DNA of 64,000 nt, taken from positions 17,120 through 81,119 of the forward strand of contig NZ_CAJXPA010000001.1 in NCBI RefSeq assembly GCF_913058035.1, read 5' to 3'. Below the pieces are notes generated by a model. That model was not told where the DNA came from. It did not search any database and worked only from the letters and a program-made list of their open reading frames with translations. Source of the stretch: an uncultured Paraglaciecola sp. Lineage in GTDB: Bacteria > Pseudomonadota > Gammaproteobacteria > Enterobacterales > Alteromonadaceae. Shown here piece after piece: positions 20,206-29,621 of this stretch. Position numbers and translations under genes: made by a program. Each line of letters opens with the position of its first letter. The stretch's first letter is position 1.

Positions 20206-20841
20206 TCAGCTTTCACTAGAATCAAGTAGCCTCACAATCAGTTGAATGGCAAATTCTACATGAGCTACTTGATCCTTATCAGACAACGCAAAGTCTAACC
20301 CTAAAATACTTTTGATATGAAACTCACTCTGCAGCAGACTAAGGAAAGTCGTCGCACATTTATGTGCAAACTCTTCAGTAATAGGCTGTGTAGTAAATTT
20401 TAAAAAACACTTGCTGAAATACTCGAGGCTATGTTTTGGACCTGCTTGGTAAAACAATTCGGCAACTCTGGGATTGCTGTTTACTTCACCTATTATCACC
20501 CGATAAATGGCAATCACTTGGTCGTCATGCAGTAACTTAACTATCTGCAATCCTCTTTCTTGCAGAACCTGAGTTAAAGCATAATCTTCGCTCTCGAGGT
20601 GTCTATTATCTAGTTGATATTCGGCACACTTATCCTCAATTACAGCTGAAAATAATGCCTCTTTATTGCTAAAGTGCGAATAAACGGTTTGTTTAGATAC
20701 GCCTGATTGCTTAGCTACCATGTCCATAGAACAGCCATTGAAGCCACTCATCAAAAATAGCTTACCTGCAGAATTTAATACTTGCTGACGCTTTTCTGCA
20801 CTTTTGGGCCTCCCAGCCTTACTGGTCTCTTTATTTAGCAA
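20206..20841 (-). CDS. TetR/AcrR family transcriptional regulator
   Basis: GRPK..., SMDMVAKQSGVSKQTVYSHFSNKEALF HTH; divergent from RND operon. Confidence 0.93.
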   Translation of the reverse strand: MLNKETSKAGRPKSAEKRQQVLNSAGKLFLMSGFNGCSMDMVAKQSGVSKQTVYSHFSNKEALFSAVIEDKCAEYQLDNRHLESEDYALTQVLQERGLQIVKLLHDDQVIAIYRVIIGEVNSNPRVAELFYQAGPKHSLEYFSKCFLKFTTQPITEEFAHKCATTFLSLLQSEFHIKSILGLDFALSDKDQVAHVEFAIQLIVRLLDSSES

Positions 20842-20906
20842 CGATAAACCTCTGGTGATCTAAAAAAGTATTTGCAACGTCGGAAATTAACATTATTATA
20901 TATCAA

Positions 20907-20921
20907 ACTAGACAGTCTAGT
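20907..20921. promoter_or_regulatory. Candidate TetR operator downstream of a sigma-70-like promoter (TTGCAA 20872, TATTAT 20894)
   Basis: Perfect palindrome ACTAGAC-A-GTCTAGT between tetR and the RND genes. Confidence 0.65.
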
Positions 20922-20961
20922 ATTTAATTTATTTTGTTTTATCAAATTAACAGAGAATTTT

Positions 20962-22134
20962 ATGACAAATGCTAATCAGTTGCCACAACAACCAAGCTAC
21001 AAGAAATATTTGATTTGGCTGCTCCCTTTTATTGCACTAACTGCATTGGTTTTGTTAATGAAAGCATCTGGTAATGGGCAAGATCAACAATCGCCAATTG
21101 AGGTCAAAAAACTACTAGTTAATGTTATGCCTATTGAATGGCATGATCAATATGTCCAAGAAGTTTTAGTAGTTGGATATGCTGAAGCCCTTCAAACAGC
21201 AGAAATTGGTTTTGAATTATCTGGCTCTGTGGTCGATATACTGGTTGATGAAGGGGATGTGGTGGTTGAAGGACAGATACTCGCTAAACTTGACGAACAA
21301 AGACTTAGGGCAAAGATGAATGAGTTGTCTGCCATTTTAAATCGTGCTAAATCTGAAGCTAATTTGGCTGAAATTTCACTCAAGCGGGTAGTTAAATTGG
21401 TAAACAAAAAACTTGAGTCAGCTCAGCGTTTAGACGAATCAAGAGAGTCAGTCAATGCGGCCAAGGCTTTTGTGGAAGAAATTTTGGCCCGCCAACAAAC
21501 TTTATTTGTTGAGATAGAAAAAACCAAGCTACTGGCACCTTTCGATGGCAGTGTTGTTACCCGTTTAGTTGATAAGGGTAAGGTGGTGGGTGCTGGGCAA
21601 ACGTTATTTAATCTGCAGCAAAACGGTCAACTTGAAGCTAGATTTGCTCTCTCATCTGATTATGTGGACAAACTTTCACTCAATCAATTGATGACACTAT
21701 CAACACAGTCAGAGCAAATATCAGGAAAAGTTAAATCCATTGCCCAGCAGCGCAGATTAGATACTCGTACAGTCGATGTGATCGTTAGTTTAACAGAGCA
21801 AATCCACTCGATTCTACCAGGTGACTTATTACATATTGCTATCAGTACTAACATCAATGCGCAAGGATTCTGGGTACCGCGTAAAGCGTTAGTTAGTGGG
21901 GTCAGGGGGTTATGGAGTTTGTTTGTTGTCGAAGTGATTGATGGCGAGCAGCAATTAGTGACTAAGCTAGTTGAAATAGTGCATGCAGATGACAAAAAAG
22001 TATACGTACGCGGGGCTTTGCAAGATGGTGTAACGGTGGTAATAGATGGTGTACAACGCGTAGTATCTGGGCAAAAAGTATTAATCAATGAAAACACTCA
22101 AAAGCTGTCTAGCGTTACTTTAGGTTCATTATAA
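20962..22134 (+). CDS. RND efflux periplasmic adaptor (MFP)
   Basis: N-terminal TM, G.V..ILVDEGD.V..GQILAKLD lipoyl half, LLAPFDGSV. Confidence 0.9.
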   Translation: MTNANQLPQQPSYKKYLIWLLPFIALTALVLLMKASGNGQDQQSPIEVKKLLVNVMPIEWHDQYVQEVLVVGYAEALQTAEIGFELSGSVVDILVDEGDVVVEGQILAKLDEQRLRAKMNELSAILNRAKSEANLAEISLKRVVKLVNKKLESAQRLDESRESVNAAKAFVEEILARQQTLFVEIEKTKLLAPFDGSVVTRLVDKGKVVGAGQTLFNLQQNGQLEARFALSSDYVDKLSLNQLMTLSTQSEQISGKVKSIAQQRRLDTRTVDVIVSLTEQIHSILPGDLLHIAISTNINAQGFWVPRKALVSGVRGLWSLFVVEVIDGEQQLVTKLVEIVHADDKKVYVRGALQDGVTVVIDGVQRVVSGQKVLINENTQKLSSVTLGSL

Positions 22135-25100
22135 TGTCTCATCCTATTCAGTCGAATGATCAGCAGCAATACCCCTGGTATAGCTTGTTTTTTCGTAATG
22201 GGCACCTGTTAGTTCTAAGTATTATGGTGCTGGTGGTGGCGGGGTTATCTGCGATCAATAACATCCCACGTTTAGAAGATCCCAGAATAGATACCCGCAA
22301 CGTATTAGTCATCACTCCCTATCCAGGGGCATCAGCAGAGAGAGTTGAAGCATTAGTCACAGATGTTATTGAAGACGAACTTAGACAGTTGTATGAAATA
22401 AAGGAGATAAACTCTACCTCACGCTCTGGTACCTCTGTTGTTTTTATCGAATTACAGGCATGGGTAGATAATACCAGTAATGAACAAATATTCTCTAAAA
22501 TCCGCGATGGTCTAAACAACGCTAAACTTAGTTTCCCGAAAGGAGCCGGAGATTCTTTTCTTGATGAGCGCAGGGGATCTACTGCCTTCACTCTCTTAGT
22601 GGGTTTACAAGCTACGCCAGATAATACTGCACCTTTGTCTATCATCAGTCGGATGGCAGATCATTTATCGGACCAATTACGCAATGTACCTGGTACGGAG
22701 TTAGTCAGAATATACGGAGAGCTTGATGAAGAAATTCAAGTTACGATTAACCCTCAACAATTAACCCGTTCAGGTTTAACTATTGCCCAAGCCAGTGAAC
22801 TGATTACTGGAGCTGATCCAAAAGTACCTGCTGGAACGATGTATTCGACTGAACAGAACATACGCATGCAAATCGCACAAGAACTAGACAGCGTATCTAC
22901 GATTAGAAACTTACCGCTACGCGTAACACAGCAGGGCAGGTATTTGCGAATAGGCGACATAGCAACAGTAGAAAGGGGAGCTCGGTCACCGGTTAATGAG
23001 ATTGGTTTGGTCAATGGAAAACAGGTGATATTCGTTGCATCACGAATGCAAACGACTCTACGGGTGGATACGTGGACCAACAATGCCAAAGAAATTGTGG
23101 GTAGGTTTAATGCTCAGTATGGTAGCACCGTTCAGGCAAATATCGTGTTTGAACAAAATACCTACACTGAAACCCGCTTATCTGAACTAACCATAAATTT
23201 GCTGCTTGGTAGCTTAGTAGTTATGGCAGTGGTATTCATTTTTATGGGGATAAAGGCTTCATGGATAGTGGGGTTGTCATTACCACTTTGCGCAGCATTT
23301 GCTATTTTTTCGTTGAGTTTTTTTAACGAACAAATTCATCAAATGTCGATATTTGGTATTATCATCGCCATTGGTTTGTTAATTGATAACGCGATTGTCA
23401 TTACCGATGAAATTAGAATTAAACTCATCAACCCAGATGTCAGCCGAATCGATGCTTTACTAAAAAGCATCCAACATTTATTTGTCCCTTTACTAGCATC
23501 CACTTTGACCACCATTTTAGGCTTTATGCCGATTTTTTTATTGCCAGGTAATATTGGTGACTTTATTGGCTCTATCGCTATAAGCGTTGTTATGGCGCTG
23601 ATTGGCTCATTATTTATTTCATTAACGATTATCGCTGCACTTGCTGCGCGATTTTTACCCAGAAAGTCAGAGGTGTCATCTGCATGGTATTCCATTGGAA
23701 TTCAAGCACCATCAATTAGTCTTGGCTACAGGAATGCACTAGAGAAAGCGCTCAAAAGACCTTTTTTGGGTATATTAGCGTGTCTTACCATTTCAGTATC
23801 TGGATTTATTTTAGCTGGACAATTAGGTAATGTGTTTTTCCCTAGTGCTGACAGAGATCAATTTGAAATATACTTGTGGATGCCAGAGGGCACATCAATT
23901 AATCAGACTCAAACTGTGGTTGAAAGTGTAGATGAACTGATCCGCAAAAAACCACAAGTGGACCAACTTAGTTGGTTAGTGGGCGGGTCATTTCCATCTG
24001 TGTATTATAATCAAACAATGAATAAAGATAATTCAGCCCACTACGCTAATGGAGTGGTAAAGGCAAAAAGTGTTTCAGACGCCAAGGCATTAATAGGACA
24101 ATTACAAACTGAGTTAGACCAAGCCTTTCCACAAAGTAAAATCGTGGTACGCGCATTTGGTCAAGGTCCACCTGTATCAGCCCCGGTGGGAATAAAAATA
24201 CTGGGGCCAGATATCAATACTTTAAACCTGCTAGGTGATCAAGTTAGGTTGGCGATGTCACGAGTACCGGGGATATCCCATTCTATTACTTCTGTCACGT
24301 TTGGTGAACCAGAGTGGGTACTTGAGGCAACTCAAGATGCGAGTCAAATGGCGGGAATGTCCTTAGTCGACGTTGCACAACAATTACAATATGCCTTGGA
24401 CGGAAAAGTAGGTGGCTCGATATTGGAAGGGACTGAAGAAATTCCCATCAGAATTAGGGTGGGTGACAGACTCAGAGGTGAACTCGCACAAATTCAGAGT
24501 TTACCTTTGTTGAGTGAAAAACTGATTAGCCAAGGTGTGTGGATGCCAGTATCTGCCTTAGGTGACTTTTTGTTGAAACCAACAGTCGCGGGTATTAGAA
24601 GAGAAAACGGTGAGCGAGTTAATAAGGTTGAAGCCTATTTGCTGCCAGGTGCCACCGCCATAGATGTGAGTAAACAAGTATTAAAAAGTTTAGAAGATAT
24701 GAATTTTACCATGCCCAAAGGCTATCGATTTAAATTGGCTGGTGATGCTGACGAACAACAAGAGGCATTAGGCCAATTAGCGACATACGCTCCTGTTTTA
24801 CTCGTATTGATGATTACTACGTTGATATTATCGTTTCGAAGTCTGCGATTAGCTTTGGTCATTGGGTCTGTTGCGGTTTTATCTGTAGGTTTAGGCATGT
24901 TTAGTCTTTGGTTATCAGGCTTACCTATCGGTTTTAACCCTTTGCTGGGGTGTGCGGGACTTATTGGTGTGGCTATCAATGGCTCAATTGTGGTTATCGC
25001 TGCCATTAATGCCAATCCACTAGCGAAAGCAGGCAATATTGGGCAGATTGTAGAAGAAACTATGGGTTGTAGTCGGCATATTTTATCTACAACCTTCACA

Positions 25101-25262
25101 ACGGTAGGGGGATTTATACCTATATTATTGTTTAGTGATGGCACTTTTTGGCCGCCATTAGCCGTTGTTTTGGCTGGAGGTGTAGGCTTTTCGGTTATTT
25201 TATCTTTGGTATTCACACCTTTAGTTGTATCCAGATTATATAGACCAGCGCAAGGTATTTAA
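22134..25262 (+). CDS. RND efflux transporter permease (AcrB/AcrD/AcrF family)
   Basis: 1042 aa, YPGASAERVE, GLLIDNAIV in TM4, R.ILSTTFTTVGGFIP in TM11; TAATG overlap with the MFP gene. Confidence 0.93.
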   Translation: MSHPIQSNDQQQYPWYSLFFRNGHLLVLSIMVLVVAGLSAINNIPRLEDPRIDTRNVLVITPYPGASAERVEALVTDVIEDELRQLYEIKEINSTSRSGTSVVFIELQAWVDNTSNEQIFSKIRDGLNNAKLSFPKGAGDSFLDERRGSTAFTLLVGLQATPDNTAPLSIISRMADHLSDQLRNVPGTELVRIYGELDEEIQVTINPQQLTRSGLTIAQASELITGADPKVPAGTMYSTEQNIRMQIAQELDSVSTIRNLPLRVTQQGRYLRIGDIATVERGARSPVNEIGLVNGKQVIFVASRMQTTLRVDTWTNNAKEIVGRFNAQYGSTVQANIVFEQNTYTETRLSELTINLLLGSLVVMAVVFIFMGIKASWIVGLSLPLCAAFAIFSLSFFNEQIHQMSIFGIIIAIGLLIDNAIVITDEIRIKLINPDVSRIDALLKSIQHLFVPLLASTLTTILGFMPIFLLPGNIGDFIGSIAISVVMALIGSLFISLTIIAALAARFLPRKSEVSSAWYSIGIQAPSISLGYRNALEKALKRPFLGILACLTISVSGFILAGQLGNVFFPSADRDQFEIYLWMPEGTSINQTQTVVESVDELIRKKPQVDQLSWLVGGSFPSVYYNQTMNKDNSAHYANGVVKAKSVSDAKALIGQLQTELDQAFPQSKIVVRAFGQGPPVSAPVGIKILGPDINTLNLLGDQVRLAMSRVPGISHSITSVTFGEPEWVLEATQDASQMAGMSLVDVAQQLQYALDGKVGGSILEGTEEIPIRIRVGDRLRGELAQIQSLPLLSEKLISQGVWMPVSALGDFLLKPTVAGIRRENGERVNKVEAYLLPGATAIDVSKQVLKSLEDMNFTMPKGYRFKLAGDADEQQEALGQLATYAPVLLVLMITTLILSFRSLRLALVIGSVAVLSVGLGMFSLWLSGLPIGFNPLLGCAGLIGVAINGSIVVIAAINANPLAKAGNIGQIVEETMGCSRHILSTTFTTVGGFIPILLFSDGTFWPPLAVVLAGGVGFSVILSLVFTPLVVSRLYRPAQGI

Positions 25263-25530
25263 TGCGAGCGTTCAAGTAAGTCTTTTTTACAATACGTCTA
25301 GAAATATGTGTTGTGGGATAAATAATCACAAGGTTGTTGCTTGATATCTTATTTGCGAGGTAGGATTCATTTTCAAAGTAGCTGCTAGGGGAGGACGAAA
25401 TCTGTGGAAAAATTTTGGGTTAGCTGGTGGCAAACTGATTGTGTGAGATGTAAGCGGATAAGAGCTTTGCTAATTTGGGCAATATTCAGTTGTGTAATTT
25501 ACCTTTGGTTTTGGAGATAAAGTAGACATT

Positions 25531-26235
25531 ATGCAAGACACGATTGAAATTAAAAGGCAAGCCAAACGTAATGTGATAGTCAGCTTATTAGTCGGTTTAG
25601 TAGGCTTGTTTTTAGCAAGCATCGCGTTCTCGATGTTACCTGAAACAATGTACGTGATTGGAGTATTTTTAACCAGTGCATCACTAGTGGCATTATTGAT
25701 CGCTTGGGTCAAATATAGAGAGCCCCAATTTAGTTTTCTTCTTTCTAAAACGTCTATTCTTTACAAACATCGACACGGCCAATGGCAGCTTGATTGGAGT
25801 AATATTCAGCGTGTTGATGTACCGAAAGTGACGCAGGGATTAGAGCATAAATCACTGGATATGGTAGCGATAAAGATTAAAGATTACTCAGCCTTTTTAA
25901 AGGGTGTTTCGCCACGGTTAATGACTAATATCTTGATGGAACAGCGTCCATTATTGTTTTACGATATGTCTGCAACAAAAGACTGCGCCAGCGGAAGTTG
26001 CAATAGTGACGATATGTTGGAGAGCGATTATTTTAAAGATAGTAATGGAACACAGTACAAGGGTATTCAGGCTATGTTTGCTAATCGTATGTGTAAGTTA
26101 AGAACACGTTTAGGGTATGATATTTTTGTTGCGGGTTCTGAGTTAGACCGCCCAGAACAGAAATTTGTCGATTTAATGCGGCAGTGCCAGCAGCGAGTAT
26201 TAACTTCGTCAAACTCAGATAATGAAGCTAAGTAG
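25531..26235 (+). CDS. DUF2982-like membrane protein
   Basis: Two N-terminal TM helices, EP..SF.L, SPRL...ILMEQRPLL, MFANRM..LR..LGYD, LDR. Confidence 0.7.
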   Translation: MQDTIEIKRQAKRNVIVSLLVGLVGLFLASIAFSMLPETMYVIGVFLTSASLVALLIAWVKYREPQFSFLLSKTSILYKHRHGQWQLDWSNIQRVDVPKVTQGLEHKSLDMVAIKIKDYSAFLKGVSPRLMTNILMEQRPLLFYDMSATKDCASGSCNSDDMLESDYFKDSNGTQYKGIQAMFANRMCKLRTRLGYDIFVAGSELDRPEQKFVDLMRQCQQRVLTSSNSDNEAK

Positions 26236-26250
26236 TTCCTAAAGCGGAGA

Positions 26251-29200
26251 TTAAATAATCTTCGCTTGTCTTACAGCCAACAATAGGTTGTGAGACTCAT
26301 TCTTTAATCTGTTAACTCGTAATTTTGCTAACTCAATTTGTTTACGTTTTAATGCACCTTCCATATCATTACACAGCGCTAACATCACTGGCACACCTGT
26401 GTAACAGCAGGCACCGTGCAATTGATGTACCTTGGCTTGCATTTCCTCATAATCTTCAGTTTGATTCGCTTTTTCTATGGAATTTACTAGCCCCGGTAAT
26501 TGTTGTACAAATTGTTGCAAAATATCTTTTGCTGCATCTTCATTCTGATAAGCGCGCTTAAGCGCGAGTGACCAATCAAAACTAGGCTGTTGTGCGTTAA
26601 TAGGATCCGGTATCTGACACCAACGTTTGATTAAGTCTATAAGATCCGACAAGTTAATCGGTTTAGGCAAATAATCATCCATCCCTGAAGCCAGCAATCT
26701 GTCTTGTTCTTCTTTAAAAGCGTGAGCAGTGACTGCGATTATAGGTGTGCCTAAGTTCAAGTCTGTTTGACGTATATATTTGGTGGCTGTTAACCCGTCC
26801 ATGTTTGGCATTTGTACGTCCATGAGGATTAAATCGAATTCATGTTCTTTGCATTGTGCAACCGCATCTGCCCCACTAAATGCCAAAGTAAGTTGCAAAT
26901 TAGTTTTTTTCAACCAAGTCGTCAGTAAGCGTAAATTTATCTCCATATCATCCACAGCTAAAACCTTAGCACTGGGTAATGAAGCTAAACGCTGTTGTAA
27001 CTTGTCAGTTGGACTTTCTTCTGGCACACGCAGTAGGCTATTCAATTTGCCTAAAGTTAATGGAAGACGCATTTGATGTGAAAAATATTGTGATAAGTCG
27101 CTTCGATTTGATAATGACTCGACACCTGAATACAACAATATGGCTTTATCTGTATTAAGGTGTCGTGTGGCCTCTAAAATACTAGGTAGAATGTTTTCTT
27201 TATTGTTTGGTACACAAATAAATACTAAATCGTAATGTTGCTTTAATTCTCTCAGGTAGGCTAGTGATTCAACACCGGTAACATTTGCGCCTAAGTATGT
27301 CAGTATTTTCACACCACAATGGCGAGACTGAGGAAAAGGGTCAAAATAAATAATTTTCTTATCTAACCATTCACTGTCCGGACTAAGTGAAAGATTAGTA
27401 TTTAGTAGATTGGATCTGATTGTCACTGTGAAAACACTACCAGAATGCGGTACGCTTTGAAGAGTGAGTTCTCCGCGCATCAGTTTGACCAGTTCTTGGC
27501 AGATTACCAGACCCAACCCTGTGCCTTGATAAGACCGACTTAAGGCATCGTCAACCTGTGAAAAAGCGGCAAACAGCTTTCGTTGATCTTCGCGACTTAT
27601 GCCTATTCCGGAATCTTCAATTTTAAGAACAAGTTCGTAAATACCATGCTCACGCTCTTTTCCATAGGCTGAAAGACTGACAAAACCATAGTCAGTAAAC
27701 TTGAGCGCATTACCTAGAAGATTGTTCAAAACCTGTTTAATTCGATAACTATCACCAATCAGCTTTTCTGGTAAAGGTTCTAGGTTATAAATAAATTCTA
27801 AATTTTTCAGGTGAGCTGATTTAGCCATGATGCTGACCATATCTTCTAACATTTCATTTGGTGAAAAAGGATGGTTGTTGATTTTCAACTTACCAGCTTC
27901 GATTTTAGAAAAGTCCAATACATCATTGACAATACTCAGTAAATTGTCGGCGGCTGCATTAATAATATTGACTTGCTCTTGTTTTTCTGGCGGTAGTGAT
28001 TCTGAATGTAACTCTTTGCTGAAGCCTAATATGGCGTTCAAAGGAGTGCGTATTTCATGGCTCATGTTGGCTAAAAACTGTGACTTGACTTTACTCGCTG
28101 TAATCGCGTCTTTGCGAGCAATATCTAAACGAACGTTTTGTTCTTCAACAAGTTCAATATTATTTCTTAAATCTTCTGTTGTTTGTTCTACTTCTTGCTC
28201 TAACTGGTGACGACTTTTGTCCATTATGGCTAGTGAAAATAGACTTGCCTCAATGAAAACACCTAGTTGAAAACAATAAGCAGTAAAGAAATTTGATGGT
28301 AGAACAGTTATGAGACTTAACATACCGATAAGTGCAAAAACAGCTAGGATACCCCATGCAAAAATAAAGTATCGAGCGGCATAAAACTGATTTCTATAGC
28401 TCTCAAAACCGGCATAAGTATAACAAATAATAGCTAGGACACTGGCGAGGTAAACCAATCTATTCTGCCAAATTGGAGGTAATATGTTAAATATCGATAG
28501 CAGGCCTAGGATTGTCAACAGACCAATACAAATCTTAATATAAACTAACGAATTAGGTGCTGATTTAGACATTTCTAAAAAAGATATAGTAAATAATCCG
28601 GAAGAAATACCAACGATCACATAAATCAAATCTGTATGCGGGGCTACCCACATGGTGATAGAACTAGGCATCAATAAGTGTAAATGACCACCCCAAACAA
28701 ATTGCCACAGTAGAACGGAAAAAATATAACCCACATATGCCAACAAGCTATTTTCCCTTAATCCTAAATAGAGAATAATGTTGTAGACAGCCAACATGAG
28801 AAGTCCACCGTAAAATAGTCCCCATATAAGGTTGTCATAAAAATTGATTTTTTGGTGATGGTCATAGGTTTGAATATCAACTGGCGCTACTAAGGAAGAG
28901 CGGTCACTCTCAACACGCACGAATAAGTCGACGGTCTCCGCATAAGGCAGCACTACTTTTAATGTTGGGAAACGATATTTAGGATTCTGTCGAATTTTAC
29001 CGTGACTTGTATGACCCAAAACTTCATTATCGAGCATTACGTAGATGTCTACTTTTTCTATTTGTGTAAACGCAACATCGATGACCCATTCTTTGTTTTC
29101 GGTAACGTTGCTGATAGTGGTGTGCAACCACATTCCTTTGTCGAAGAGGCCATAGTTTGGGTTGTTACTGCGTCGCCATACAAACTCATCCAGTTTTTGT

Positions 29201-29397
29201 TTAACGTCGAATAGTCCTAATGGATTATCTGTTTCTCGGAATACCTTTAGTTGAGGAGATAATCTAATCGATTCATTGGTGGTAATTAACTGAACATTCC
29301 CCTGAGCGATGGCAAACAGAGGAATTAACAAAGTAGTTAAAAAAGTAGTTAACAAAGTAGTTAACAATAAAAATCTACAAACTCGATAAGACATCAA
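26251..29397 (-). CDS. Hybrid sensor histidine kinase: 7TMR-DISM sensor, HisKA/HATPase, pseudo-receiver, REC, Hpt
   Basis: Periplasmic DISMED2-like domain, 7 TM helices (LFYGGLLMLAVYN, EASLFSLAI), FLANMSHEIRTPLN, NLLGNALKFT, GTGLGL, LMDVQMP, HQLHGACCYTG. Confidence 0.9.
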   Translation of the reverse strand: MMSYRVCRFLLLTTLLTTFLTTLLIPLFAIAQGNVQLITTNESIRLSPQLKVFRETDNPLGLFDVKQKLDEFVWRRSNNPNYGLFDKGMWLHTTISNVTENKEWVIDVAFTQIEKVDIYVMLDNEVLGHTSHGKIRQNPKYRFPTLKVVLPYAETVDLFVRVESDRSSLVAPVDIQTYDHHQKINFYDNLIWGLFYGGLLMLAVYNIILYLGLRENSLLAYVGYIFSVLLWQFVWGGHLHLLMPSSITMWVAPHTDLIYVIVGISSGLFTISFLEMSKSAPNSLVYIKICIGLLTILGLLSIFNILPPIWQNRLVYLASVLAIICYTYAGFESYRNQFYAARYFIFAWGILAVFALIGMLSLITVLPSNFFTAYCFQLGVFIEASLFSLAIMDKSRHQLEQEVEQTTEDLRNNIELVEEQNVRLDIARKDAITASKVKSQFLANMSHEIRTPLNAILGFSKELHSESLPPEKQEQVNIINAAADNLLSIVNDVLDFSKIEAGKLKINNHPFSPNEMLEDMVSIMAKSAHLKNLEFIYNLEPLPEKLIGDSYRIKQVLNNLLGNALKFTDYGFVSLSAYGKEREHGIYELVLKIEDSGIGISREDQRKLFAAFSQVDDALSRSYQGTGLGLVICQELVKLMRGELTLQSVPHSGSVFTVTIRSNLLNTNLSLSPDSEWLDKKIIYFDPFPQSRHCGVKILTYLGANVTGVESLAYLRELKQHYDLVFICVPNNKENILPSILEATRHLNTDKAILLYSGVESLSNRSDLSQYFSHQMRLPLTLGKLNSLLRVPEESPTDKLQQRLASLPSAKVLAVDDMEINLRLLTTWLKKTNLQLTLAFSGADAVAQCKEHEFDLILMDVQMPNMDGLTATKYIRQTDLNLGTPIIAVTAHAFKEEQDRLLASGMDDYLPKPINLSDLIDLIKRWCQIPDPINAQQPSFDWSLALKRAYQNEDAAKDILQQFVQQLPGLVNSIEKANQTEDYEEMQAKVHQLHGACCYTGVPVMLALCNDMEGALKRKQIELAKLRVNRLKNESHNLLLAVRQAKII
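29325..29367. repeat. In-frame 12-bp tandem repeat (TTAACAAAGTAG, ~3.5 copies) in the kinase signal peptide
   Basis: Encodes LTTL-LTTF-LTTL on the minus strand. Confidence 0.8.
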
Positions 29398-29621
29398 ATT
29401 AAGTCGGTATGTGGAATAGATAACAGCATTAAACCATCACACTAATACCTATAGCAAACCTTAGCTTTATTTTGATGGTAGTTGCATAACTAAAGATAAA
29501 CTTAGGTGATGTAATCAGTGCCATTTATAGGGTAGTCTATTCAATATAGAAATGTGGTCTTAGGTAATAGTTACTTTCAACCAAAATTTTAAACAAGAAC
29601 AAGTGGTAAAAGCAAGCAAAC

